The notes beneath the pieces are model-generated. The model saw only the letters and a list, made by a program, of their open reading frames with translations, was not told the origin of the DNA and did not search any database. A program made the position numbers and the translations under genes. A stretch of DNA of 64,000 nucleotides from an uncultured Flavobacteriales bacterium (GTDB lineage Bacteria > Bacteroidota > Bacteroidia > Flavobacteriales > JBLHRE01): positions 2,087 through 66,086 of the forward strand of contig CAKZPI010000042.1 of the NCBI GenBank assembly GCA_937139155.1. The letters are read 5' to 3'. Positions 39,565 through 48,725 of this stretch are shown here, piece after piece. The stretch's first letter is position 1; the number at the start of each line of letters is the position of its first letter.

Positions 39565-40010
39565 TACTTCAGGCCTTTCACGAATTGAATGAGGTGATTT
39601 TGATCTTCTTTGGTTAACCGAGCTTCCGCATGCACAAGGGTATAATCTTTTAGAGGCATTTCGCCTTCTTCCATTACCTCTACAATTTCATGAATGGCAT
39701 GCTTTTTTTCTGATTTAGGAAGCATTCCCCAGTCTGAGAAATTCAAATGCTCCCTTCCGTGCTCAATATGCTCGGCAACCCTCCAGGCTATGGGTTGAAC
39801 CGATGTATACCAAGGATAAACCGTTTCATTGGAGTGGCAGTCGTAACATGCCTCTTTTAAAATCAATTGGGTGCGTTCATCAACCTCCTCTACAGCAAGA
39901 AAGTCGTTTTCTGGTTTAAAGGAGGGAGCCGATTTATCAATTTGAAAGAATTGGATAATCACGAAACCCAGGGCTATGCCCATTAAAATGTATTGGAAGA
40001 GTCTTTTCAT
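39561..40010 (-). CDS. Heme-binding domain protein (Haem_bd-like, single CxxCH)
   Basis: It has an N-terminal TM helix and the motif CYDCHSNETVYPWY. Confidence 0.6.
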   Translation of the reverse strand: MKRLFQYILMGIALGFVIIQFFQIDKSAPSFKPENDFLAVEEVDERTQLILKEACYDCHSNETVYPWYTSVQPIAWRVAEHIEHGREHLNFSDWGMLPKSEKKHAIHEIVEVMEEGEMPLKDYTLVHAEARLTKEDQNHLIQFVKGLKY

Positions 40011-40037
40011 GCTTCAGTAGTTTGAAGCGAAGATATT

Positions 40038-40682
40038 CTACTCCTTTAATTTATCCGAGAAGGCCTCCCTAAATTTTTTCAACTTAGGCTTAATTACGTA
40101 TTGGCAATAGGGTTGATCTGAATTGTATTTGAAGTAATTTTGATGGTAGTTGTCTGCTTCATAAAAGGCCTCAAAAGCCTTGATTTCAGTGACAATTGGG
40201 TTTTCGAAGGCCTGTGATTCATCTAGTTTCTTAAGGTAAAACTCAGCCAATTCTTTTTGTTCGTTATTGTGGTATAAAATAATGGACCTATACTGAGTGC
40301 CCACGTCATTCCCCTGCCGATTAAGGGTGGTTGGGTCATGGGTTTGCCAAAAAACCTCAAGAAGTTCTTTGAAGCTTATTTCTTTCGGGTTAAAATAGAT
40401 CTGAGCTACTTCCGCATGACCTGTACGACCCGAGATCACTTCACGGTAGGCAGGATTCTTTACATGCCCACCGCTGAAGCCAGAAACCACCTTTTCTACC
40501 CCCTTCAATTCTTCAAAAACGGCTTCAATGCACCAAAAACAACCCGCTCCGAAGGTGGCTATTTCAATACTATCAGATGATTCCATGGAAGGTGAATTTT
40601 GGGTTGATTGATTTATTTTAGGTTCAGAGGCGCAAGAAATAAAGGCCGCAAAGGTTCCTAAAATTATGGATACTGTTTTCAT
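40038..40682 (-). CDS. msrA: Peptide methionine (S)-sulfoxide reductase MsrA (exported/lipoprotein form)
   Basis: It has the active-site GCFWC motif and a signal peptide with Cys (FISCAS). Confidence 0.9.
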   Translation of the reverse strand: MKTVSIILGTFAAFISCASEPKINQSTQNSPSMESSDSIEIATFGAGCFWCIEAVFEELKGVEKVVSGFSGGHVKNPAYREVISGRTGHAEVAQIYFNPKEISFKELLEVFWQTHDPTTLNRQGNDVGTQYRSIILYHNNEQKELAEFYLKKLDESQAFENPIVTEIKAFEAFYEADNYHQNYFKYNSDQPYCQYVIKPKLKKFREAFSDKLKE

Positions 40683-40841
40683 GGTAAAATGAACGGAAAA
40701 CCAAGGGAATTAGTTTTGCGGTCCTCTGTAAATCTCATCCCTCCTTCTGATTATAATCATAGGTCCTGCTGATTTGAATCAAGTGGAAATATGCAAAGGT
40801 TTGGGGTGTTGCTTCGTAAATTTGTGGAAATACCAGCGCTC

Positions 40842-41231
40842 ATGCAAAACAAGATTCTATTGGTGGATGATGACCAGGTCATGGCCCACTTAATTAAGTA
40901 CCGATTAGAGAAAGAAGGTTATACCGTTGTCTTGGCCCATGACGGTAAAAAAGCCTTGGATATGGTTAAAGCCGAGAGTTTTGACCTATTGCTAACCGAT
41001 TTGATGTTGCCAAAGTTAAACGGCTTTGAGGTAATATCTATTATCCGATCTAAGGAAAAACTGAATTTGCCCATTCTTGCAATTTCCATCCTTCCAGGGG
41101 AAGAAATGGTAAAACGGGTATATGAGGTAGGAGCGGATGATATTGTACGTAAGCCTATTGACTTTGATTTATTCTTGTTAAAGGTACGTCGATTGGTAAG
41201 TTTTCCGAAGATATCCGCACACACGGGTTAA
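40842..41231 (+). CDS. Single-domain response regulator (REC only)
   Basis: LLVDDD, the phospho-acceptor context LLLTDLMLP, and the conserved K (VRKP) are present, with no output domain. The ATG at 40842 was preferred over the upstream start. Confidence 0.8.
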   Translation: MQNKILLVDDDQVMAHLIKYRLEKEGYTVVLAHDGKKALDMVKAESFDLLLTDLMLPKLNGFEVISIIRSKEKLNLPILAISILPGEEMVKRVYEVGADDIVRKPIDFDLFLLKVRRLVSFPKISAHTG

Positions 41232-41317
41232 TAAAATAATCTAAATTTCTTTCGGTCTTCCCAATTTTTGCTGAATTTGTCCGCAAATTACTTACATCGA
41301 CTACCAATACTAACTAA

Positions 41318-41683
41318 ATGAGCAAAACAATACTTATCGCGGAAGACGATCAAATGATGCTATCCCTTCTTGAATTTAAACTTAAAAAGGAAGGTTTCGT
41401 CACCATTCTTGCCGAGAATGGGAAACAAGCCATGGAAATCATAAAGAAGGAGTCTCCTGATTTATTCTTGATAGACATTATGATGCCCTTTATCAATGGT
41501 CTAGAATTGACTAGTTTCATCCGAAACGAGTTAAATTCAAAGGTCCCTATTGTGGTTTTGTCCTCTGCCGGTCAGGAAGAAATGGTTATGAAGGCGTTCA
41601 ATTTAGGAGCCAATGATTTCATTCCCAAACCTTTCAGTCCGAATGAACTCATTATACGGATAAAACGTATATTGAAGCTATAA
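41318..41683 (+). CDS. Single-domain response regulator (REC only)
   Basis: IAEDD, LFLIDIMMP and IPKPF are present. It is 121 aa and a paralog of the preceding gene. Confidence 0.85.
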   Translation: MSKTILIAEDDQMMLSLLEFKLKKEGFVTILAENGKQAMEIIKKESPDLFLIDIMMPFINGLELTSFIRNELNSKVPIVVLSSAGQEEMVMKAFNLGANDFIPKPFSPNELIIRIKRILKL

Positions 41684-41720
41684 TTTTTTCATCGAATAGC
41701 CTAAGCCTAGTACCCTTACA

Positions 41721-42833
41721 GTGAGTATATATTGGTTAGTTGACAGTTACCAAGCCTTCCCCCTTTTAGTAAAGGTTTTAATCAGCCTTTGCCTACTTTT
41801 TACTGTGCTAGGAATTACCTTTTTTGCCCTCAGTGGTTATAGCCGGATACTTGCATCCATAAACAACCGTAGACGGGAAAAGATAAAGCATAGATACATT
41901 GAACTTATCATTCCCCTAATCTTTGAAGAATCAGGCACGAAAGAGGCATACGATAAAGCTCTTCATTCTTTCCGTAAAGAGTTTTTAGGAAAACGTGGAC
42001 GAAGACAACTTCTGTTAAATGTACTTGTAGAGCAGCACGATGACCTCTCAGGTGAGGCAGCTCAAAGGGTTCGTCAGGTTTATATTGACCTTGAACTTTT
42101 TAAAGACTCCTTTGCCAAATTAAAAGATTATCAATGGCATATTAAGGTCAAAGGAATTCGAGAGCTGGCTCAAATGCAGGTTTCCGAAGCCTCTAAGAAT
42201 ATTGAAGGATTCATAGACTCCAAAAACACCATATTAGCCAAAGAAGCCTTGCTTGGCTTGGTGCAATTGAGAGAATTTAAAGCCCTGGCCTATATCAATA
42301 GGTATCGGTATGAGTTAAGTGATTGGCAAATGCTTTCCATTCTCGAAGTACTTTCAAGTTTCGATCGTGAAAACATCCCCTCTTTTGCCCGTTGGTTAGA
42401 CTCTGAGAAAAACAGCATGGTAATTTTCTGTTTGCGCTTGATAGCGGTTTTTCATCAAAGAGAAGCAGAATATCAAGTGGTTAAGCTCCTAGAAAATAAA
42501 GAAAGGTCCATTCGGAAAGAGGCTGTTCGAACCATGAGAGCACTTCAGTTAAATAACCATGTAGACTTGATCGTGGGAATCTATCAAACGGAAACCAAAG
42601 ATGTTCGTTTGGAAATTTTAGGAGCCGTTGGTGATTTATCCATGGGCGAGCAAAAGCAGTTTTTAGAAGGGGAGTTCTTGCAGCCGGATTTTGAAATTTC
42701 TTTTGCGGCTGCTGAGGCGCTTATGAAAACTAGTTATAATTCTAAAAACGATTTCAAGCAGTTAAGCGCAAGCTTTGATGAAACCCATACTAGGATTATC
42801 GACCATGTAACCCACGAAATGCTGAAATCATGA
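41721..42833 (+). CDS. Membrane-anchored HEAT-like repeat protein
   Basis: An N-terminal TM segment (LLVKVLISLCLLFTVLGITFFAL) is followed by repeated helical units with HEAT-like signatures (VKGIRELAQM, SIRKEAVRTMRAL, VRLEILGAVGDL). It uses a GTG start, and its ATGA overlap couples it to the GT2 gene. Confidence 0.5.
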   Translation: MSIYWLVDSYQAFPLLVKVLISLCLLFTVLGITFFALSGYSRILASINNRRREKIKHRYIELIIPLIFEESGTKEAYDKALHSFRKEFLGKRGRRQLLLNVLVEQHDDLSGEAAQRVRQVYIDLELFKDSFAKLKDYQWHIKVKGIRELAQMQVSEASKNIEGFIDSKNTILAKEALLGLVQLREFKALAYINRYRYELSDWQMLSILEVLSSFDRENIPSFARWLDSEKNSMVIFCLRLIAVFHQREAEYQVVKLLENKERSIRKEAVRTMRALQLNNHVDLIVGIYQTETKDVRLEILGAVGDLSMGEQKQFLEGEFLQPDFEISFAAAEALMKTSYNSKNDFKQLSASFDETHTRIIDHVTHEMLKS

Positions 42834-44254
42834 GTTCTGGAGGCTGGATATTCGACTTTTTCAATTTCCTGATAATATTCTATTCAATATTTATTGTCAG
42901 CTCCTACATCATATTGACCATTTTCTCAATTTATGAGACCAACCATTACCTAAGAAAGAATTCCTTCATCAATTACGAAGACATTCTTTCCTCTCCCCTA
43001 GCCCCCTCTGTATCAATTATTGCCCCAGCTTATAATGAAGGGGCAACGATTATTGAAAACATTAAATCCCTTCTCACTATTTACTATGTGAAATATGAGG
43101 TGATTGTGGTGAATGATGGCTCAAAGGATGATACTCTGGATAAGATTATTGATGCTTACGAATTGGTAAAGGTCCCCTATGCCTATGAACGAAGGCTTGA
43201 AACTCAGCCTGTAAGAGGTATTTATAAGTCCGTGATTCCAGAGTATAAAAACTTGGTGGTTGTAGATAAAGAAAATGGTGGGAAATCGGATGCTTTGAAT
43301 GTGGGATTAAACGTGAGTAGGTCGAGCTACATTTCTTGCATTGACGTTGACTGCATTCTTGAAGAGGACAGCATGTTGCGAATGGTAAAACCCTTTATGG
43401 AGCGTACGGATAAGCACGTAATTGCTACAGGAGGGGTTGTTCGTATTGCCAACTCTTGTTCGGTTGAATCTGGAAGGATTTCAAACATAAAACTTCCGGA
43501 TAAGTTTTTACCAAGGGTTCAGGTAATGGAATACATCCGTGCCTTTTTGCTTGCGCGGATGGCTTGGTCGAGGTTGGATGGTCTGTTGATTATTTCAGGA
43601 GCCTTTGGAATGTTTCAACGAGAAATTGCCATGAATGCTGGTGGTTACGACCATAATACGGTGGGTGAAGATATGGAGCTGGTAGTGCGCATGAGAAAGT
43701 TCATGCAAAGACGAAATGAGCCCTACCGCGTTGTGTATATTCCAGATCCACTTTGCTGGACGGAAGCTCCGGAGGACTTAAATATTCTGTTCAAACAGAG
43801 AAATCGTTGGACCCGTGGTAATTTTGAAACCCTTTGGAAGCATAAAGACATTGCCCTAAATCCTAGGTTTGGCATCATGGGAATGATCTCATACCCCTAT
43901 TGGTTTGTCTTTGAGTGGTTGGCTCCTTTAATTGAGTTTTTGGGCATTAGCTATTTTGCCATTCTTGCTATTTTGGGAAAGATTAACTGGTTTACCTTCC
44001 TATTATTCCTAGTATCTCTTTACTCCTTTTCCTTATGCTTTTCGTCCTTTGCAATCTATTTTGAGGAACGAACCTATCATCAATACAAAAAGAAACGCGA
44101 GCTCTTTATTTTGCTGGCAACGGCCTTCTTTGAATTGTTCTTCTTTCACCCCATTGTAACCTTTGCTGCGGTAATGGGCAATATTGATTTAATTAGAGGA
44201 AAGAAAAGCTGGGGCAAGATGACTCGGAAAGGGTTTGATACAGAACCCACTTAG
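42830..44254 (+). CDS. Processive family-2 glycosyltransferase (PgaC/IcaA/cellulose-synthase-like)
   Basis: GT2 motifs are present in order: IIAPAYNE, VVNDGSKDDT, GGKSDALN, IDVDC, GEDMEL and QRNRWTRG (the Q-x-x-RW motif). TM helices flank the catalytic domain. Confidence 0.85.
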   Translation: MSSGGWIFDFFNFLIIFYSIFIVSSYIILTIFSIYETNHYLRKNSFINYEDILSSPLAPSVSIIAPAYNEGATIIENIKSLLTIYYVKYEVIVVNDGSKDDTLDKIIDAYELVKVPYAYERRLETQPVRGIYKSVIPEYKNLVVVDKENGGKSDALNVGLNVSRSSYISCIDVDCILEEDSMLRMVKPFMERTDKHVIATGGVVRIANSCSVESGRISNIKLPDKFLPRVQVMEYIRAFLLARMAWSRLDGLLIISGAFGMFQREIAMNAGGYDHNTVGEDMELVVRMRKFMQRRNEPYRVVYIPDPLCWTEAPEDLNILFKQRNRWTRGNFETLWKHKDIALNPRFGIMGMISYPYWFVFEWLAPLIEFLGISYFAILAILGKINWFTFLLFLVSLYSFSLCFSSFAIYFEERTYHQYKKKRELFILLATAFFELFFFHPIVTFAAVMGNIDLIRGKKSWGKMTRKGFDTEPT

Positions 44255-44438
44255 ATTCCTATCTTGGTTTTAAAATTCTCATTCTTGGAAAAAACCATAA
44301 AAACCCCGATTCTCTAAATGGTTGAGTCAATGAAGAAACGCTTTAGTATTCAGAGGTTTATAGCCGATTCCTCGAAAACAAAGAACCAAGTTCAGGCTAT
44401 GGTATAAAACTTGAACTTCAACTGGAAATCACATCGTC

Positions 44439-46412
44439 ATGGATCAAGATCAAAACAAGGCAATCCGTATTCTCTTAATAGAGGATAATGAAGTGGATCA
44501 GTTTGCTTTTCAGAGGTATGCAGAAAAGAACGAATTGAACTACGAAGTCACCGTTGCTGCCTCAATGGAAGAAACCTTCCTCCTCCTGAAAACAAATAAA
44601 CAGTTCGACGTTGCCATTGTTGACTATATGCTCAAGGATGGATCCTCTTCTGAATTGGTGCCTCACTTGGTAAATAAGATGCAGGTGATTTTTGTGACTG
44701 GGCAAGAAAAACTTGAAATTGCCTTATCATTGATGAAAATGGGGGTTTATGAGTATCTGGTCAAGGATTTTGAAAAGTCATACCTAAAGGTTCTTCCTAA
44801 AATCATTGATAGTGCCTTTAAGCATAAAATCGCCAATGAGAAGCTGAAAAAGGCTGAACGGCAGGTAAGTAGGTTAAGTCTGGCCCTGGCAAATATGGAT
44901 AAGGCCGTAATCATTGCCAAAAAAGACGGAACCATTGAGTGGGTGAATTCGGCATTCACAAAATTAACCGGCTTTGGATCCAGTGAGGTAATTGGTACCC
45001 GCGGAGAATTATTGGTTGATTCTGGAATCACCTCCCTCCACCCTACTTCCAACCATTACAAAAGGGTATTTGAAGACCTAGAATCTGTAACCTACGAGGC
45101 AAATAACCTGAAGAAAGACGGATCAAGCTTTCATGCCATTACTACCATGTCGCCCGTTCTCAACGAAAATGGAGAGCTTGATGAAGTGGTTGTAATTGAA
45201 ACCGACATTACCGAACAGAAAAAGATTGAGGCCGAGCTAAGAGAAGCAAAGCTTAAAGCGGAAAGGTCGGATAAGGCCAAAGAGCAGTTCTTGGCAAATA
45301 TGAGCCATGAACTTAGAACTCCCCTGAACGCAGTTTTAGGAATGGCTCAAATGTTAGAACATACTAACCTTGACAAGGACCAATCGGAGTATTTGAATAT
45401 AATCCATGTTTCGGCACATAACCTAATCACCTTAATCAATGACATCCTTGACTTCTCAAAAATCAATGTGGGCGAGTTGAGCTTAAAAGAGCGTGACTTT
45501 GATCTGCATGGGATGATAGAAAGGGTTTATAAGAGTTTTGACCTTCGAATTGACAAGAAAAAGGTGAACTTCACCCTTGAACTGGATGAAAACCTTCCTG
45601 GGCATATTAAAGGAGACCCAGTCCGTCTTGAACAAATCTTGGCCAACTTATTATCGAATGCCATAAAGTTCACTCGAAAAGGGCATATCGTGCTATCCAT
45701 TCAAAACTCTAGAAGGGGTAAAAAAGAAATCGAATTCCGTGTAACGGATAGTGGAATAGGAATTCCGGCTGATAAAATGAATCGGATTTTTGACATGTTC
45801 CAACAGGAAGATATGTCGCATACCCGAAAATTCGAAGGTGTAGGAATAGGCCTTACCATTGTAAAAAGCCTTTCTGAAATGATGGATGGACAGGTTGAAA
45901 TTTCTTCCAAACCTGGTGAAGGAACTGCCGTATCTTTCTACTTTCCAACCGAAGCCTCTAATAAGTCTTCTATTGAGGAAGCTGTAAAACAGGAAAACGC
46001 TGGTTCTAACCTGAGTTTTGATGAGGATTTCAGCAATGTCTCAGTGCTTCTAGTTGAGGATAATAAAATGAACCAATTGTTGGCTCAAAAATTCCTTTCC
46101 AAACTGGGCGTAAACGTAACCATTGCCAATGATGGCAAGGAAGCCTTACAGTTTTTCAAAGATCAGTCGTACGACTTGATTATGATGGATCTTCAGATGC
46201 CTGTAATGGATGGGTTTGAGGCCACAAAAATCATCCGCGAAAGCTTTCCAGAAGAAAAGAAAAACATCCCTATTTTGGCCATGACCGCCCATGCCATAAA
46301 AGGGGTTGAAGAAAAATGTTCTGAAATTGGCTTAACCGATTTTATTTCCAAACCCATTATGCTTGATCATTTAAAAGAAAAAATGGTAGCATCCTTGCAT
46401 AACAACGCCTAA
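44439..46412 (+). CDS. Hybrid sensor histidine kinase (REC-PAS-HisKA-HATPase-REC)
   Basis: An N-terminal REC (LLIEDNEVD, VAIVDYMLKDG) is followed by PAS, the H-box FLANMSHELRTPLN, HATPase N/G boxes, and a C-terminal REC (LLVEDNKMN, LIMMDLQMP). Confidence 0.9.
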   Translation: MDQDQNKAIRILLIEDNEVDQFAFQRYAEKNELNYEVTVAASMEETFLLLKTNKQFDVAIVDYMLKDGSSSELVPHLVNKMQVIFVTGQEKLEIALSLMKMGVYEYLVKDFEKSYLKVLPKIIDSAFKHKIANEKLKKAERQVSRLSLALANMDKAVIIAKKDGTIEWVNSAFTKLTGFGSSEVIGTRGELLVDSGITSLHPTSNHYKRVFEDLESVTYEANNLKKDGSSFHAITTMSPVLNENGELDEVVVIETDITEQKKIEAELREAKLKAERSDKAKEQFLANMSHELRTPLNAVLGMAQMLEHTNLDKDQSEYLNIIHVSAHNLITLINDILDFSKINVGELSLKERDFDLHGMIERVYKSFDLRIDKKKVNFTLELDENLPGHIKGDPVRLEQILANLLSNAIKFTRKGHIVLSIQNSRRGKKEIEFRVTDSGIGIPADKMNRIFDMFQQEDMSHTRKFEGVGIGLTIVKSLSEMMDGQVEISSKPGEGTAVSFYFPTEASNKSSIEEAVKQENAGSNLSFDEDFSNVSVLLVEDNKMNQLLAQKFLSKLGVNVTIANDGKEALQFFKDQSYDLIMMDLQMPVMDGFEATKIIRESFPEEKKNIPILAMTAHAIKGVEEKCSEIGLTDFISKPIMLDHLKEKMVASLHNNA

Positions 46413-46424
46413 GGCCAGCTTCAA

Positions 46425-47786
46425 ATGCCATTAAGAAATTCATATTTTTTTTTGACAGACCCACTTGGCGATGAAGTCGCGAAAAACCTAGAGACGGAAG
46501 AAAGCTTGGATTCGCTATTAAACCAAACTTCTAAAGTACAGGTCGGAAAAGAGTTCCTTAAAAAGCTGAAGGTTTCAATTGGCACCAACGAATTTACCAG
46601 TTCAAAGTCAACCTATACCCTATCCGTTTATGGATTGAAAGGGTCTAATGATCATTTGCTTTGGATTTTTATTTCCAATGGACAATTGCAAGAAAATGCT
46701 AGCCTTTCATTATTTCAAGACTCTACCTTCCAAAAAATCTTAGAATCAGCACCTGATGCAACCATCATTGTTGACCAAAAAGGAAAAATCCGAATCGCAA
46801 ATTACCAAACCTCCCAAGTTTTTGGCTATTCAAATGATGAACTAATTGGTATGGGAGTTGAAACCTTAATGCCCGAAAAGTTTAGAGGGAATCACGGCGA
46901 CCATAGAAATGCTTACTCGAAAAAACCCAGGTTTAGAAGCATGGGTGAAGGCTTGGAACTTCTTGGTTTAAGGAAAACAGGAAATACCTTTCCAGTAGAA
47001 ATTAGCTTAAGTCCAATTCTTTTGGAAGGAAAAAACATGATTGCTGCTAGCATCAGGGATATAAGCTCTAGAAAGGAACTTGAAAACAAGGAAAAGGAGC
47101 TTAAAAAGAACCTGGAAGCCGTAAATGATGAATTGGAAAACTTCGCCTACATCGTTTCACATGACCTAAAAGCCCCTTTGAGATCTATTGGAAGCTTGGT
47201 TGAGTTTATTGAAGAGGATGAAGAAGGAAAGCTTGCCAAAGACTCTGTGAAGCATTTCGGAATGCTGAAGGATCAACTAGAGAAAATGCACGGGCTTATT
47301 GAAGGCATTTTACAGTATTCAAGGGTTGGGAGAAAAAACAGTGAGAAACAAGAGATTGATTCAGGGAAAATAATCCAAGACATACTCAATTATTACCTGA
47401 ACGAGCAAGAACTAGACTTCGAGTTAAACGGGGATTTTCCCAAGTTAAACGTAAACCCTACCCTCTTCCATCAGCTTTTCCAAAACCTTATATCAAATGC
47501 CGTAAAGGCAATTCAAAATAAAACCGGACGAATTGCAGTTTCTTACCAGAGCATTGAGGATACCCATATTTTTAAGGTCTCTGATAATGGCAAGGGTATT
47601 GATCCCAAGCATCATAATCGTATTTTTAAAATATTTCAAACCCTCGGTGACAATGATGATGGTACCGGGGTTGGGCTAACCATAGTAAAGAAGATTGTAG
47701 ATCATCATGAGGGTGATATTCAATTGGAGTCTATGGTTGGTTTAGGCACTACATTTACCATATCCTTACCTAAAAAAACAACCTAA
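46425..47786 (+). CDS. PAS-domain sensor histidine kinase
   Basis: It has a PAS domain, the H-box FAYIVSHDLKAPLRSI, and an HATPase domain (NLISNAVKA, DNGKGI, GTGVGLTIV). Confidence 0.85.
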   Translation: MPLRNSYFFLTDPLGDEVAKNLETEESLDSLLNQTSKVQVGKEFLKKLKVSIGTNEFTSSKSTYTLSVYGLKGSNDHLLWIFISNGQLQENASLSLFQDSTFQKILESAPDATIIVDQKGKIRIANYQTSQVFGYSNDELIGMGVETLMPEKFRGNHGDHRNAYSKKPRFRSMGEGLELLGLRKTGNTFPVEISLSPILLEGKNMIAASIRDISSRKELENKEKELKKNLEAVNDELENFAYIVSHDLKAPLRSIGSLVEFIEEDEEGKLAKDSVKHFGMLKDQLEKMHGLIEGILQYSRVGRKNSEKQEIDSGKIIQDILNYYLNEQELDFELNGDFPKLNVNPTLFHQLFQNLISNAVKAIQNKTGRIAVSYQSIEDTHIFKVSDNGKGIDPKHHNRIFKIFQTLGDNDDGTGVGLTIVKKIVDHHEGDIQLESMVGLGTTFTISLPKKTT

Positions 47787-47789
47787 ACC

Positions 47790-48134
47790 ATGCATGTTAA
47801 CTTAGATTACTTATCTGATCAGGTAGATCACGACCCAGATATGATGAAAATGATGCTCGACACCTTCCTAGAGACTGGTCCGGAATACATACGAAGAGTA
47901 AATCATGATTTTCAAGCGAAAGACTATGTCGCACTTCGAGCCTCAGCTCACGCTTTTTTATCCTCTTTACGAATTTTAGGGGCTAAGGATACGGCAGATA
48001 CCATTGTTGAAGTTGAAAATTGCTGTGTAGATGAAGACCGGAGGCATGAATTAAACAAGCTGGTTCCAGAGGCAATGTCTCTGGCGGTTCAAGCCTTAGC
48101 CGAAGCCGAAACTGCTCGTAAAAAAATTGTCTAA
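47790..48134 (+). CDS. Hpt (histidine phosphotransfer) domain protein
   Basis: 114 aa helical protein with an SAHAFLSSLRILGA His context typical of Hpt domains. It lies directly after two kinases. Confidence 0.65.
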   Translation: MHVNLDYLSDQVDHDPDMMKMMLDTFLETGPEYIRRVNHDFQAKDYVALRASAHAFLSSLRILGAKDTADTIVEVENCCVDEDRRHELNKLVPEAMSLAVQALAEAETARKKIV

Positions 48135-48161
48135 ATCATTCACAGCCGGTATGTTTGTCTA

Positions 48162-48725
48162 ATGAAAATTAGGCATTGGCTTTTCGGAGCGGTTTCAGTT
48201 TTTCTTTTCTCTTGCAATTCAGGATATGATCGAGGTATTTTGGAGGGTTTAGAGCCCGTTTCCGAAGAGAGCCATGAGGGTTTTTCAAAGGACCTCAATG
48301 CGGAATACTTTTTTTTCTTTGCCCCTGACTGCCCGGTCTCTATAAATTACACCTTGTTTTTACGAGAGTTTAGCAAAAACTTGTCCGCCGATGAAAAAGC
48401 CTATCTCATCGTTCCCTCTCCGTTCTACTCAAAAAAAGAGGTCGTTGATTTTCAAGAAGAATACTTTTTGAATATACCCAGTTTCCTCGACCCCGAAAAT
48501 GAATTGGTGAAGGCTTTCGACGCAAGTGTGACCCCAGAAGTTGTTGCCGTAGATAGTGTTGGAAAGGTTTTTTACCAAGGAAGAATTGATGACTGGATTG
48601 AGTCATTGGGAGTTAAAAGGCGTTCAGCTCAAAACAATTATTTGTTGAAAGCCATTGAAAATTACCATTCAGGTAAACCTGTCGATCCTAATTATGTTGA
48701 ACCCGTTGGATGTCTCATCGAATGA
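48162..48725 (+). CDS. Thioredoxin-fold (redoxin-like) lipoprotein with a CxxS motif
   Basis: It has a lipobox (LFSCNSG). FFFFAPDCPVS sits where the redoxin CxxC would be but has Ser in place of the second Cys. Its ATGA overlap couples it to the next gene. Confidence 0.5.
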   Translation: MKIRHWLFGAVSVFLFSCNSGYDRGILEGLEPVSEESHEGFSKDLNAEYFFFFAPDCPVSINYTLFLREFSKNLSADEKAYLIVPSPFYSKKEVVDFQEEYFLNIPSFLDPENELVKAFDASVTPEVVAVDSVGKVFYQGRIDDWIESLGVKRRSAQNNYLLKAIENYHSGKPVDPNYVEPVGCLIE

